From the NCBI GenBank assembly GCA_964426185.1, contig CAYRPF010000010.1, positions 15,914 to 47,913 of the forward strand: 32,000 nucleotides of DNA. The letters run 5' to 3'. Below the pieces are notes generated by a model. It ran no database searches. It was given only the letters and a program-made list of their open reading frames with translations, and was not told the DNA's origin. This document shows positions 1-8,103 of this stretch, piece after piece. Numbering within the stretch: the first letter of the stretch is position 1; each line of letters opens with the position of its first letter. A program made the translations under genes and the position numbers. The stretch is from an uncultured archaeon (GTDB lineage: Archaea; Asgardarchaeota; Lokiarchaeia; Sigyniarchaeales; Promethearchaeaceae).

Positions 1-622
1 TATAATTATTCTCAAAATCCGAACAATGGAACTCAGAAGACAACTTTGGTTTATGGAGAATCTTCGGGCTTGCTTCTATCATTTTCATCTGAATTTGGAG
101 GATATTTGTTAAGTGCTGCTTTGGTACCTCAAAGTCATCTTGAATATTCTATCCAACAAAGTAATGGAGAAGTATATTTTTATCCAGTTGGGATTGTATC
201 AACCGAAGTTGGTGGCTCAATTCGGTTGGATTTTACCGGATATTACTCCGAATGGAATGAGGTTCAACCTTTCTTTAATATCAGTTTTTATTATGCAGAT
301 GGAAGCTTAAATGCAACTGCGGTAAATGTATCGCAAGCTACCATTGGTATGAATTTAATCCTCGGATTTGGCGGTTTTTCCCCCAATATTATTAGTAATA
401 GTGATTGGAAACAGCAAGATCTTTCTGCTTTAGCCGTTGCAAATGCACCCGCTTCTGAGTCATGGCCTGGTTTAAACGGGACCCTTGATATTAGATCAGA
501 TTATGGGCAACATATTTATAATTATTCTCAAAATCCGAACAATGGAACTCAGAAGACAACTTTGGTTTATGAAGAATCTTCGGGCTTACTTCTATCATTT
601 TCATCAGAATTTGAAGGATATT
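1..622 (+). repeat. Intragenic direct repeat: 1-106 vs 517-622 (period 516 nt, 4 mismatches); first copy probably extends upstream of the window
   Basis: Manual alignment gives differences at 56/572, 72/588, 90/606 and 98/614. Confidence 0.95.
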
Positions 623-885
623 CTTTATCGACATCTTTAACGATGATTTACCAATTTCCATTTGTTTTAATCTTAGAAAATGGAGAATTTTCCCAAAAAC
701 AAGGTGAAAATGAAAACCCTAATAATGGAACAGACACAGATTCCAACCCAAATCAAAATGCTCCCGATAGTTATCCCGCTTCACCTTCTTCTTTGGGTAT
801 TCCTGGTTATTCAATGTTATATTTCGCTCCATTCACCCTTCTAGGGTTGGGGATGATTGTTGTTATTTTTCGTAAAAACAAATAA
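1..885 (+). CDS. Partial (5'-truncated) cell-surface protein with 172-aa internal repeat and C-terminal Loki-CTERM-like sorting signal
   Basis: Frame 1 is open from base 1 (YNYSQNPNNGTQKTTLVY...). That peptide recurs 172 aa later. An N/D/P/S-rich linker is followed by IPGY, a hydrophobic TM and RKNK, the pattern of Loki-CTERM/PGF-CTERM-type signals. Confidence 0.75.
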   Translation, partial: YNYSQNPNNGTQKTTLVYGESSGLLLSFSSEFGGYLLSAALVPQSHLEYSIQQSNGEVYFYPVGIVSTEVGGSIRLDFTGYYSEWNEVQPFFNISFYYADGSLNATAVNVSQATIGMNLILGFGGFSPNIISNSDWKQQDLSALAVANAPASESWPGLNGTLDIRSDYGQHIYNYSQNPNNGTQKTTLVYEESSGLLLSFSSEFEGYSLSTSLTMIYQFPFVLILENGEFSQKQGENENPNNGTDTDSNPNQNAPDSYPASPSSLGIPGYSMLYFAPFTLLGLGMIVVIFRKNK

Positions 886-902
886 TATCAAGCTGAACGA
901 TA

Positions 903-1391
903 ATGAACGATATAAATCCTTCTGAAAAGCATAAAAAAATCATTTTATTGGGCTTTTTTTTTCTTCTTCTTATTAGTATTTCATTTTTATTGCCTTTAAT
1001 TTTCTATAATGATAAATTTACGGTTAAAAAATCAACGAATTCAAATATTCCATATGATCCTCTAATTCATTATACTAACATTAGCCTTTCTGTAGATTTT
1101 GGTAATGGAACAGTAGATTATCACCAGAATATTACAATATGTAAAAATGCAAGCAGTGTTTTTGATTTACTTCAGCTTTTTTATGAAATAGGTTATGAAT
1201 CATATTCATATGGTTTAATTATTACATCAATAAATAATGTCGAAAATAATATTGTAAGTAATTATTTCTGGTTTTTTTGGGTAAATGAAGAATATTCCAA
1301 CATCGGAGCTTCAAATTATCAACTTAACGATTCGGATAGGGTTTATTGGGCTTATAGAAATGCAAATGATGTGGAAGATTTTCAATTTTAA
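903..1391 (+). CDS. Membrane-anchored DUF4430 (transcobalamin-like C-terminal domain) protein
   Basis: N-terminal TM, then SVFDLL...YGLIITSINNVEN...YFWFFWVN...IGASNYQLNDSDRVYWAY, typical of DUF4430. Confidence 0.8.
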   Translation: MNDINPSEKHKKIILLGFFFLLLISISFLLPLIFYNDKFTVKKSTNSNIPYDPLIHYTNISLSVDFGNGTVDYHQNITICKNASSVFDLLQLFYEIGYESYSYGLIITSINNVENNIVSNYFWFFWVNEEYSNIGASNYQLNDSDRVYWAYRNANDVEDFQF

Positions 1392-1395
1392 AATC

Positions 1396-2358
1396 TTATT
1401 TTTTCGAAAATTCTGAGTTGTACTGATTAATCAAATCAGGGAAATCATACCCACAAATGCAATGTTTTGAATATGGATCTACTTCTTGATAACATTTAGG
1501 ACAAAATTTTCTATTACAGGAAATACAAAAAGTTCCAAAATCAAATTTGCGTGAACAAATTGGACAAAATTTAAGATCTAGTGACTTCACTTCAGTTTTT
1601 TTTTCAAATTCATCAGAATTTTCTTCATTTTTAGGAAATTTAATCTGCAATGTTCTAATATTATTAGTATTTTGTTGAATGTCTGGTCTTTTTTCCTTCT
1701 CTTCTTGTATATATAATGGAATGGGAGCATTGTATTGAGAAAATGTTTGATTTATCCAATTATTCAGTTTATTGATTTTACGTTTACGGTTCTCGCGAAA
1801 ATCTTGAAGTAGTTCATCAGTTGCAAATTTGATGCGGCGTTTGTCATGAGTAATAACCTTAAATTGTGGTGAGGAGATTGTTTTTTCCCATTTTTTTGAA
1901 AAAAAAAGTGCAGGAAAGAATTTGACGATTAGTTGAAGTAAAATATACAATCCACCTGTTATCGATAAAATAATCAATAAAATAGTCCTAATTTGCTTCT
2001 TATCTAGGAAAAAAACTGTGCTCGCAAAAAATAAAAAGGGAGAGAAGAAGAAGAGCACTTTAAGTAGTTTCAAAGCAATTTGAGCAAATGGAATTAAATT
2101 CATAAAACAATAGATACACAAATAATTAGATTTACAATCCCGACAAATGGGTAGTCCGCAGTGAAGGCAACTTTTTTGAATTTGTAGATTTGAAATTGGT
2201 TGTCCACATATTTTACAATATCTTTCCTCATCTGAGTGAGTTTTTATGTTATTATCTTCAATCTTGTTGGATGATAACTCTTGTTGTATTTCATTATAAA
2301 CATCATCCCATATTTCATCTTCGAAGTTGATATCTGATTGAGACTTTTTTTCTCCCAT
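1396..2358 (-). CDS. Two-TM membrane protein with N-terminal 8-Cys zinc finger and C-terminal double zinc ribbon
   Basis: CKIC..CLHC-x4-CRDC..CIYC, two hydrophobic segments, then CPIC..CISC..CPKC..CICG. Confidence 0.7.
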   Translation of the reverse strand: MGEKKSQSDINFEDEIWDDVYNEIQQELSSNKIEDNNIKTHSDEERYCKICGQPISNLQIQKSCLHCGLPICRDCKSNYLCIYCFMNLIPFAQIALKLLKVLFFFSPFLFFASTVFFLDKKQIRTILLIILSITGGLYILLQLIVKFFPALFFSKKWEKTISSPQFKVITHDKRRIKFATDELLQDFRENRKRKINKLNNWINQTFSQYNAPIPLYIQEEKEKRPDIQQNTNNIRTLQIKFPKNEENSDEFEKKTEVKSLDLKFCPICSRKFDFGTFCISCNRKFCPKCYQEVDPYSKHCICGYDFPDLINQYNSEFSKK

Positions 2359-2745
2359 TATCTTTCGTTACACTTCATGCTTGAAGGCTTAAAAATTGTA
2401 CTCGACTTTTAATCCAAATGGACAAATTTTTTACTTTCAGTTACCTCTCTCGAAAAAATATTTTTGAGATCTTATCCTTTAGGAATTAACACACTATTTT
2501 CTTTGATCTGAAATGGTTTTTATCAAGGACGAAAAAATTGTACTGAAATCATTTATCTAATGGTTGAAGATGTTTTTGTTATAGTTACGCCGAGGTAAAT
2601 TCCACAGAAATTCAGAAAATAGATCTTTTTTCCTTATATCTGTGTTTTTGTTGTTAAAACGAGAATTCTTTATATATAAATAAAAAACAAAGAATAATTT
2701 TGCCAAAACGAAGTAAAACAAAAATTTCCCTAAATAAATGGAGAA

Positions 2746-3153
2746 TTATTGAAAAAATTGATAAACTTCATCTAATTTTTCAGGAATGGCTTGATCAGGG
2801 TCTTTAGAAAACTGAGGTACCTTATCATTTTCATACCGAGGAATTATATGAATATGCGAATGAGGGACGATTTGTCCTGCAATTTCAAAATTATTCTGAA
2901 TTAAATTGAAGCCCTTTGCTCCAATTTTTTCCAAAACTAATTTAGACACTTTTTGTACGTCTAAAAAGAAATCTTTCATCAGATTAACAGGCATATCCAA
3001 GAAATTATAAAAATGAACTTTAGGTATCACTACCGTATGACCTCGTGTTGCTGGTGCAATATCTAAAAAGGCGATTGAATTATCAGATTCGTATATTATT
3101 CTTGCTGGTATTTCTTTTCTAGCAATTTTACAGAAGATGCAATCTTGTTCCAT
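2746..3153 (-). CDS. HIT family (histidine triad) nucleotide hydrolase
   Basis: DCIFCKI start, GHTVVIPKVH and the HSHIHII triad. Likely start ATG at 3153; the track extends to 3186. Confidence 0.95.
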   Translation of the reverse strand: MEQDCIFCKIARKEIPARIIYESDNSIAFLDIAPATRGHTVVIPKVHFYNFLDMPVNLMKDFFLDVQKVSKLVLEKIGAKGFNLIQNNFEIAGQIVPHSHIHIIPRYENDKVPQFSKDPDQAIPEKLDEVYQFFQ

Positions 3154-3266
3154 TATTTTCAACTCAACAGTTTGTAAATAATACACTGAAGAAGTTGAAT
3201 TTAAATTTTTTAATAATCATAAATGGGGATGGAATATTATAAACACACAAAATATTTTGGAATCAT

Positions 3267-4058
3267 ATGTATTTTCAACAAATAGAATCTATTTTACAGA
3301 AAAATTATCCATTTGCTTGGAAATCATTAAGTTTTCAGCCTTATCTAGAATTCGGAGAAAAATCAAGCAATAAATGGTATTCTACTTTGGGTATTTCCTT
3401 ATTTCCATCAAAAGAGGTAATAATATCTGCGAAAAAACAAAATATTCATTTTATATTTACTTATTTTCCTCTTTTTTTCCGTCCTGTCAAGCAAATTTCA
3501 GAATTTTCCATAAAAGATATAAAATTACTAGCTTTATCCGATATTTCATTGTATGTTATCGGAAATTTAATTCAATTTTGTAAAGGGGGTATTCTTGATA
3601 TGATGATCCGTATGTCTTCATTGGATCTTATTAAAAATATTTCTGAGCAAAAAAGTGAAGAATCTATTCCCATTGGCCGTCTATGTCGACCTCTTACAAA
3701 TTCAACTGATTTTTCATATATCCTCCAAAATCTTCAGAAAAACTTTGGCGCTAAAAATGTCCATTTGTGGGGCTCTACTAAAAGTAAAGTTGAACGAATT
3801 GGAATTTTTGAAGTTGATTCTCTATTGAAAATAGGTTTTAAAGTATTATTTGAGGAAAACATAGAAGTAATTGTTACCTCTGATTTATCACTAAATTGGA
3901 TATGGAAATTAGTAAATCTCGGGATAACAGTTATTTCTATAGATTCATTAACCTATTTGACTCACGGATTAGAAAATTTCTCAAAACAATTATCTGTACT
4001 TATGCCTAGAATGAAAATTGAATACATCCCATATTCTCTTCAAAGATTAGTAATCTAA
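3267..4058 (+). CDS. NIF3/YbgI-like protein, degenerate metal-binding site
   Basis: Length and motif spacing match NIF3 (IFTYFPLFF in place of ITHHPLIF; PIGRLC; KVERIGI; VIVTSDL), but the His ligands are absent. Confidence 0.65.
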   Translation: MYFQQIESILQKNYPFAWKSLSFQPYLEFGEKSSNKWYSTLGISLFPSKEVIISAKKQNIHFIFTYFPLFFRPVKQISEFSIKDIKLLALSDISLYVIGNLIQFCKGGILDMMIRMSSLDLIKNISEQKSEESIPIGRLCRPLTNSTDFSYILQNLQKNFGAKNVHLWGSTKSKVERIGIFEVDSLLKIGFKVLFEENIEVIVTSDLSLNWIWKLVNLGITVISIDSLTYLTHGLENFSKQLSVLMPRMKIEYIPYSLQRLVI

Positions 4059-4099
4059 TAATAATCTCTTTCTTTTATCCTAAAAAAATAGTATTAATT

Positions 4100-4996
4100 A
4101 TGGAAAACCAATCTGAATACTTATTATGTGAAGATGTCTTTAATCATGGTTTTGTTGAATTAATTGATGTAATGGGTTCTGATCAAGCAATTGTAAATGC
4201 TGCACGAACATCATATGCAAAAGGAACAAAAAAAGTATCTTCGACTAAGCAACTAATGAGATATTTACTTCGTCATAATCATTCGGGTCCATTTGAATTT
4301 GGAGTATGTGTTTTTCGCATCAGATGTCCTTTATTCGTTGCAAGACAGTGGTTTCGTCATAGAACTGCTTCTTATAATGAAGTAAGTCTCCGATATTCCG
4401 AAGCTCAAGAAGATTTTTATATTCCTGAAGAAGAATGGATAACAACTCAAGATCGTAGGAATCGACAAGCACGAACTGAAGAAGAAATCGTAAATGCACA
4501 AAAAATCCGAAATATGTTAAATGCTGATGCTAAAGTCTTATTGGAACATTACAATTATTATCTTAGTGAAGGTGTTGCAAGAGAAATTGCGAGAATAAAT
4601 CTTCCATTATCGCTTTATACAACATTTACATTTAAAATGGATATCAGAAATTTACTTCATTTTCTCTTATTAAGAACTGATCCACATGCTCAATTCGAAA
4701 TTCGTCAGTACGCATTAATTATGGAAAATATGATTGAGAAATACTTTCCTTTCGTCATAGAAGCATGGCGTGATTATTATAAACATGCAATAACTTTTTC
4801 CAAACCAGAGATATCAATTTTGAAAGAAATTTTCCAATCAAAATTAAATCTTTTAGAAGAAGTACAAGAATATCTTGAAACAAATCAAGATTCTATCTCT
4901 CTTGCAAAATTGGAACAAATGGAATTCATTGACAAAATAAAATTACTGTTGGGAGAAGAATTAGATTTAAATTATTTGGGAAAGAGGAATCAATAA
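4100..4996 (+). CDS. thyX: Flavin-dependent thymidylate synthase ThyX
   Basis: AARTSY, HSGPFE, RQWFRHRTASYNEVSLRY (RHRx7SxR motif), REIAR, LRTDPHAQFEIR. Confidence 0.97.
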   Translation: MENQSEYLLCEDVFNHGFVELIDVMGSDQAIVNAARTSYAKGTKKVSSTKQLMRYLLRHNHSGPFEFGVCVFRIRCPLFVARQWFRHRTASYNEVSLRYSEAQEDFYIPEEEWITTQDRRNRQARTEEEIVNAQKIRNMLNADAKVLLEHYNYYLSEGVAREIARINLPLSLYTTFTFKMDIRNLLHFLLLRTDPHAQFEIRQYALIMENMIEKYFPFVIEAWRDYYKHAITFSKPEISILKEIFQSKLNLLEEVQEYLETNQDSISLAKLEQMEFIDKIKLLLGEELDLNYLGKRNQ

Positions 4997-5022
4997 ATTT
5001 TACCCCTTTTTTTTTAATATTA

Positions 5023-5397
5023 ATGGAAAAAAAACACTATAAAAAACATGCTCATATTTCAGATGATAAATTAACTATAGAATATGATATGGTTGATTTT
5101 ACGGAATCTTTACCAAATTTATCTGATGAAATTTTTGCTACTAAAAATAACTCCCCAATTTCAATCATTGGGGTTCGACAAAAAAATGTCCCCCATGATC
5201 CAGAAGTGACTGACTTTCTTCAAAGATGTAAAACTGATGGAGAAGCTCGAGATATTATTTATTATTTACAAAATAAAGGGGAAATAAGCGAAGAAAAAGC
5301 AAAAGAGCTCATTAATCAACTTGAAAAGAAGGGAGTCAGAAGTTTCGGACCATTAAAATCTTATGGATATTACGAACGAAATTTTAGAAATAAATAG
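5023..5397 (+). CDS. DUF2095 family archaeal protein
   Basis: DPEVTDFLQRC...IIYYLQNKGEIS...GVRSFGPLKSYGYY matches the DUF2095 consensus as I recall it. Confidence 0.8.
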   Translation: MEKKHYKKHAHISDDKLTIEYDMVDFTESLPNLSDEIFATKNNSPISIIGVRQKNVPHDPEVTDFLQRCKTDGEARDIIYYLQNKGEISEEKAKELINQLEKKGVRSFGPLKSYGYYERNFRNK

Positions 5398-5424
5398 GAA
5401 ATTTCAGAAGTTGTTTTATAGATT

Positions 5425-5871
5425 TCAACCGATAAAATTTGGAATAACCATTGAAATCCGAAATTTTTGTGGGTATGCAATTAAGTATTCTAAAAATCTC
5501 TTGATTTCATCTTCTTCTTCCTTACTTTCTTTAAGATAATTTACAAATTTTTCAGGACCTATTCCAACTAGGAAACCTGAAAGATCTTTTTCACGTTTCA
5601 TAAGAAATCTAAATGGAATATCACTTTCGTTGTCCTTTACTAACATTAATATCCATGGATTTAAGGACCAATCTTTTCCATTAGGATCAATAACAAACTC
5701 GATTCCTTTTCCAATCATATATCGGTTGATAATTTTTGCGATGTTAAGTAATTCCACATAAAAATTTCGATTGATATTAAGATATCCATCGAGAATCTCC
5801 TTTGCATCAATCAATTCTACTAAGTTTTTCTCATTTTCTTCTAATTTGAGAGAAACTTTCCATTTTTTCAT
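5425..5871 (-). CDS. Hypothetical protein (148 aa)
   Basis: Clean ATG-started ORF with globular composition and no recognised motif. Confidence 0.65.
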   Translation of the reverse strand: MKKWKVSLKLEENEKNLVELIDAKEILDGYLNINRNFYVELLNIAKIINRYMIGKGIEFVIDPNGKDWSLNPWILMLVKDNESDIPFRFLMKREKDLSGFLVGIGPEKFVNYLKESKEEEDEIKRFLEYLIAYPQKFRISMVIPNFIG

Positions 5872-5977
5872 ATCTTTAACTCCAAATAATTTTTCTAAAT
5901 AACGCTAATATGTATGATATTAGGAAAAGAAAGTAAAAAAGATTATCAAAAAACTAGTTTTAGTTATTTGATAATTT

Positions 5978-6160
5978 TTAATTTAATAAATCTGGAACTT
6001 CTTTCGATTGATATCGAATAAACCCACCTAATTCAGTTTTTAATAAATCGCGAACTGCAACGCGAATGGCTTCAGAACGATTAGGATAAGCTTCATTCGA
6101 TACTAATTTATCAATGCCAGCCAAATAGGCTTCCGGTAAATGAACAGTGATTAATCGCAT
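5978..6160 (-). CDS. Ribbon-helix-helix (CopG/CdrS-like) transcription regulator
   Basis: MRLITVHLPEAYLAGIDKLV...YPNRSEAIRVAVRDLL. ATG at 6160; the track starts at 6172. Confidence 0.9.
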   Translation of the reverse strand: MRLITVHLPEAYLAGIDKLVSNEAYPNRSEAIRVAVRDLLKTELGGFIRYQSKEVPDLLN

Positions 6161-6363
6161 TTTTACTACCAAGATATAGTGTTAGATAATACCTAAATAA
6201 GATTCAAGTAGATTTCCTATTAATTAAATATATGATCCAGATATATATGATTCCAAAAAGTCCTTCAAACAAGCATCTACATTGTTTTTGGCGAGTTTAA
6301 AAAAACAACTGCACAAGAAAATATTAAAAATGCGGCTCCTTTTTTTGACGTGTGGGCATAATC

Positions 6364-7185
6364 ATGAGAAAACGTAATTCTTTCCTTATTCTAGTCATTT
6401 TCTCACTTTTTCTTGGTACATTAATCCAATCTATATCTGCTCAAGATGAAACATGGAGTCGCCCTGAAGTAACTTCAAATCCCGGATTTGAACCTGTAAT
6501 CGATGGTGTAAAAGAAGAGAGTTGGGGACCAAGCGTAAATTCATCTGTATATGTATTAGATGGTCTACAATTCAAGGTATTTGTTCAACATTATGAGCAA
6601 TCAATTTACTTCTTGGTTGAAGCTCGATTTACCACTAAGGTTCAAAATGAAACTGTTTCTTTACTTTTATCGGAAAACAATCAAACCGTGGAATTATTGG
6701 ATAAAAAAGAGATCACTATCTTTAACGCTTCAGAAGCTGGCAATGAATCATCAATCTTTACTGATTATTATTTAAGTTCAGATAATTACATTCCCGATCA
6801 ATTTGAAGCAGGATTTACTGGAGCAGGCGCTATTGGAGAAAGTGGATATCGTATTTATGAATTCCAGATCCTTCTCGAACCAGATGAAAATAGTTCTACT
6901 GAAGATATCACTTGGAATGTCTATAAGAATTATGCAGTTGAATTGGTTTATAATAATTCTAACAGCGACGAAATTAAAATATCTGATCCTCTATTAGTTC
7001 AAATTGGACCTAAAAGTTCAACAAATACTGAGGGGGTTATTTCAGAATATAAATTTAATTCTGAACTATATATCTTGATTGTTTTGATCATAATATCTGT
7101 CTTTGTAATTGGATATGGTTTTATGTTGCTTTCGACCAAGAAAAAACAAGGAATTTCTTTAATTGAAGATTCGGAGGAAATGTAA
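6364..7185 (+). CDS. Type I membrane/surface protein, possible CBM9/DOMON-like beta-sandwich domain
   Basis: Signal peptide (MRKRNS-hydrophobic-ISA|Q), PVIDGVKEESW motif, YEFQI strand, several N-glycosylation sequons, C-terminal TM followed by KKK. Confidence 0.6.
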   Translation: MRKRNSFLILVIFSLFLGTLIQSISAQDETWSRPEVTSNPGFEPVIDGVKEESWGPSVNSSVYVLDGLQFKVFVQHYEQSIYFLVEARFTTKVQNETVSLLLSENNQTVELLDKKEITIFNASEAGNESSIFTDYYLSSDNYIPDQFEAGFTGAGAIGESGYRIYEFQILLEPDENSSTEDITWNVYKNYAVELVYNNSNSDEIKISDPLLVQIGPKSSTNTEGVISEYKFNSELYILIVLIIISVFVIGYGFMLLSTKKKQGISLIEDSEEM

Positions 7186-7188
7186 AAA

Positions 7189-7656
7189 ATGTCGAAAAAT
7201 AATAAATCTGCAGAAATTGCACAAAAAGAAGATAATATTATTTCGAAAACAAATATTAAACTTCATATGTTCAATTCTGCAAAAATTTCCTATATTCTTG
7301 CTCTGGTTTTCTTCATTATCTCATTTCTCTTTAATGGAATATTAATTAATCCGTGGGTAAATTTAGTAGAAAATGCAAGTAGTGCAGCTAATGGTCCAAC
7401 ATTCGTAGGAGTTCTCGATATCTTGATTAAATCTCTTTCAATTATTCTTTTCTTCTTGTTTGGATTTATTTCTTTAGGGAATCTTCAAGAATTACGAGGA
7501 TATATTGTTACTTGGAAAGAAATGGTTGTATTAATTGTTTTGAGTCTTTTCCAAGCTACTATAAATGGAACTGTTTTTCTGATATCAACTATTGGAGTAA
7601 TCATTATTTTAGTTTACTTCTATTTCATGCAAGCTAAGATTTCAGATGAATACTAA
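7189..7656 (+). CDS. Hypothetical membrane protein (about 4 TM)
   Basis: Four hydrophobic segments; starts 3 nt after the upstream stop codon. Confidence 0.7.
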   Translation: MSKNNKSAEIAQKEDNIISKTNIKLHMFNSAKISYILALVFFIISFLFNGILINPWVNLVENASSAANGPTFVGVLDILIKSLSIILFFLFGFISLGNLQELRGYIVTWKEMVVLIVLSLFQATINGTVFLISTIGVIIILVYFYFMQAKISDEY

Positions 7657-7852
7657 ATTATTCTAGTTTATTTTCTTTGCTTTTTTCAAATTTATTTTAT
7701 AAACATTCGAACTAAAATCGTATTTCCGCGCTTGATACACCTAAATCCTGCGAAATTTTACTTTTTTATGTTCTGAATTGTTGTAGTTATAATATAGGCT
7801 GCAATATCATCAAAAAAGTGAATTAGGCGTAGATAAAAAAAGAGTCTCAAGT

Positions 7853-8011
7853 TCAAACCCGATTTAGAGGCTCAAACGCTTTTTCTTTTATAATTAAATC
7901 ACGGACCGCGTGTCTAATTGCTTCAGATCGATTTGGGTAAATATCTTCTTGTACTAATTTTTCAATTCCATCAATATATGCATCAGGGAGATTAAGTGTG
8001 ATTAATTTCAT
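7853..8011 (-). CDS. Second ribbon-helix-helix (CopG/CdrS-like) regulator, 52 aa, absent from the ORF track
   Basis: Manual translation: MKLITLNLPDAYIDGIEKLVQEDIYPNRSEAIRHAVRDLIIKEKAFEPLNRV*. It is 27/40 identical to the RHH at 5978-6160. Confidence 0.9.
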   Translation of the reverse strand: MKLITLNLPDAYIDGIEKLVQEDIYPNRSEAIRHAVRDLIIKEKAFEPLNRV

Positions 8012-8103
8012 TTAGATCGATATTACCAAACCAAGTGTAATTTGTATATGAATGCAACATATGAAATACATTAAGATGACATCTGTATGTTAAAAAAACG
8101 GAT

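Noticed and set aside
1-622. DGR-like TR/VR pair: all four mismatches fall at adenines of copy 2
   Set aside because: Both copies are in-frame parts of one CDS. Two changes are synonymous third positions, the many AAY codons are untouched, and no reverse transcriptase is in the window. Ordinary domain duplication explains it.
2359-2745. Possible ncRNA or regulatory element (AAAAATTGTACT twice, small palindromes)
   Set aside because: The motifs are short and AT-rich, with no stable extended structure or recognisable family.
7189-7656. TRAP-gamma-like call for the 4-TM protein (N-terminal ..EDNII..SAKIS..), paired with a TRAP-alpha-like type I protein
   Set aside because: The similarity is only a few residues and the long cytosolic helical loop of TRAP-gamma is missing. 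A profile search would be needed.
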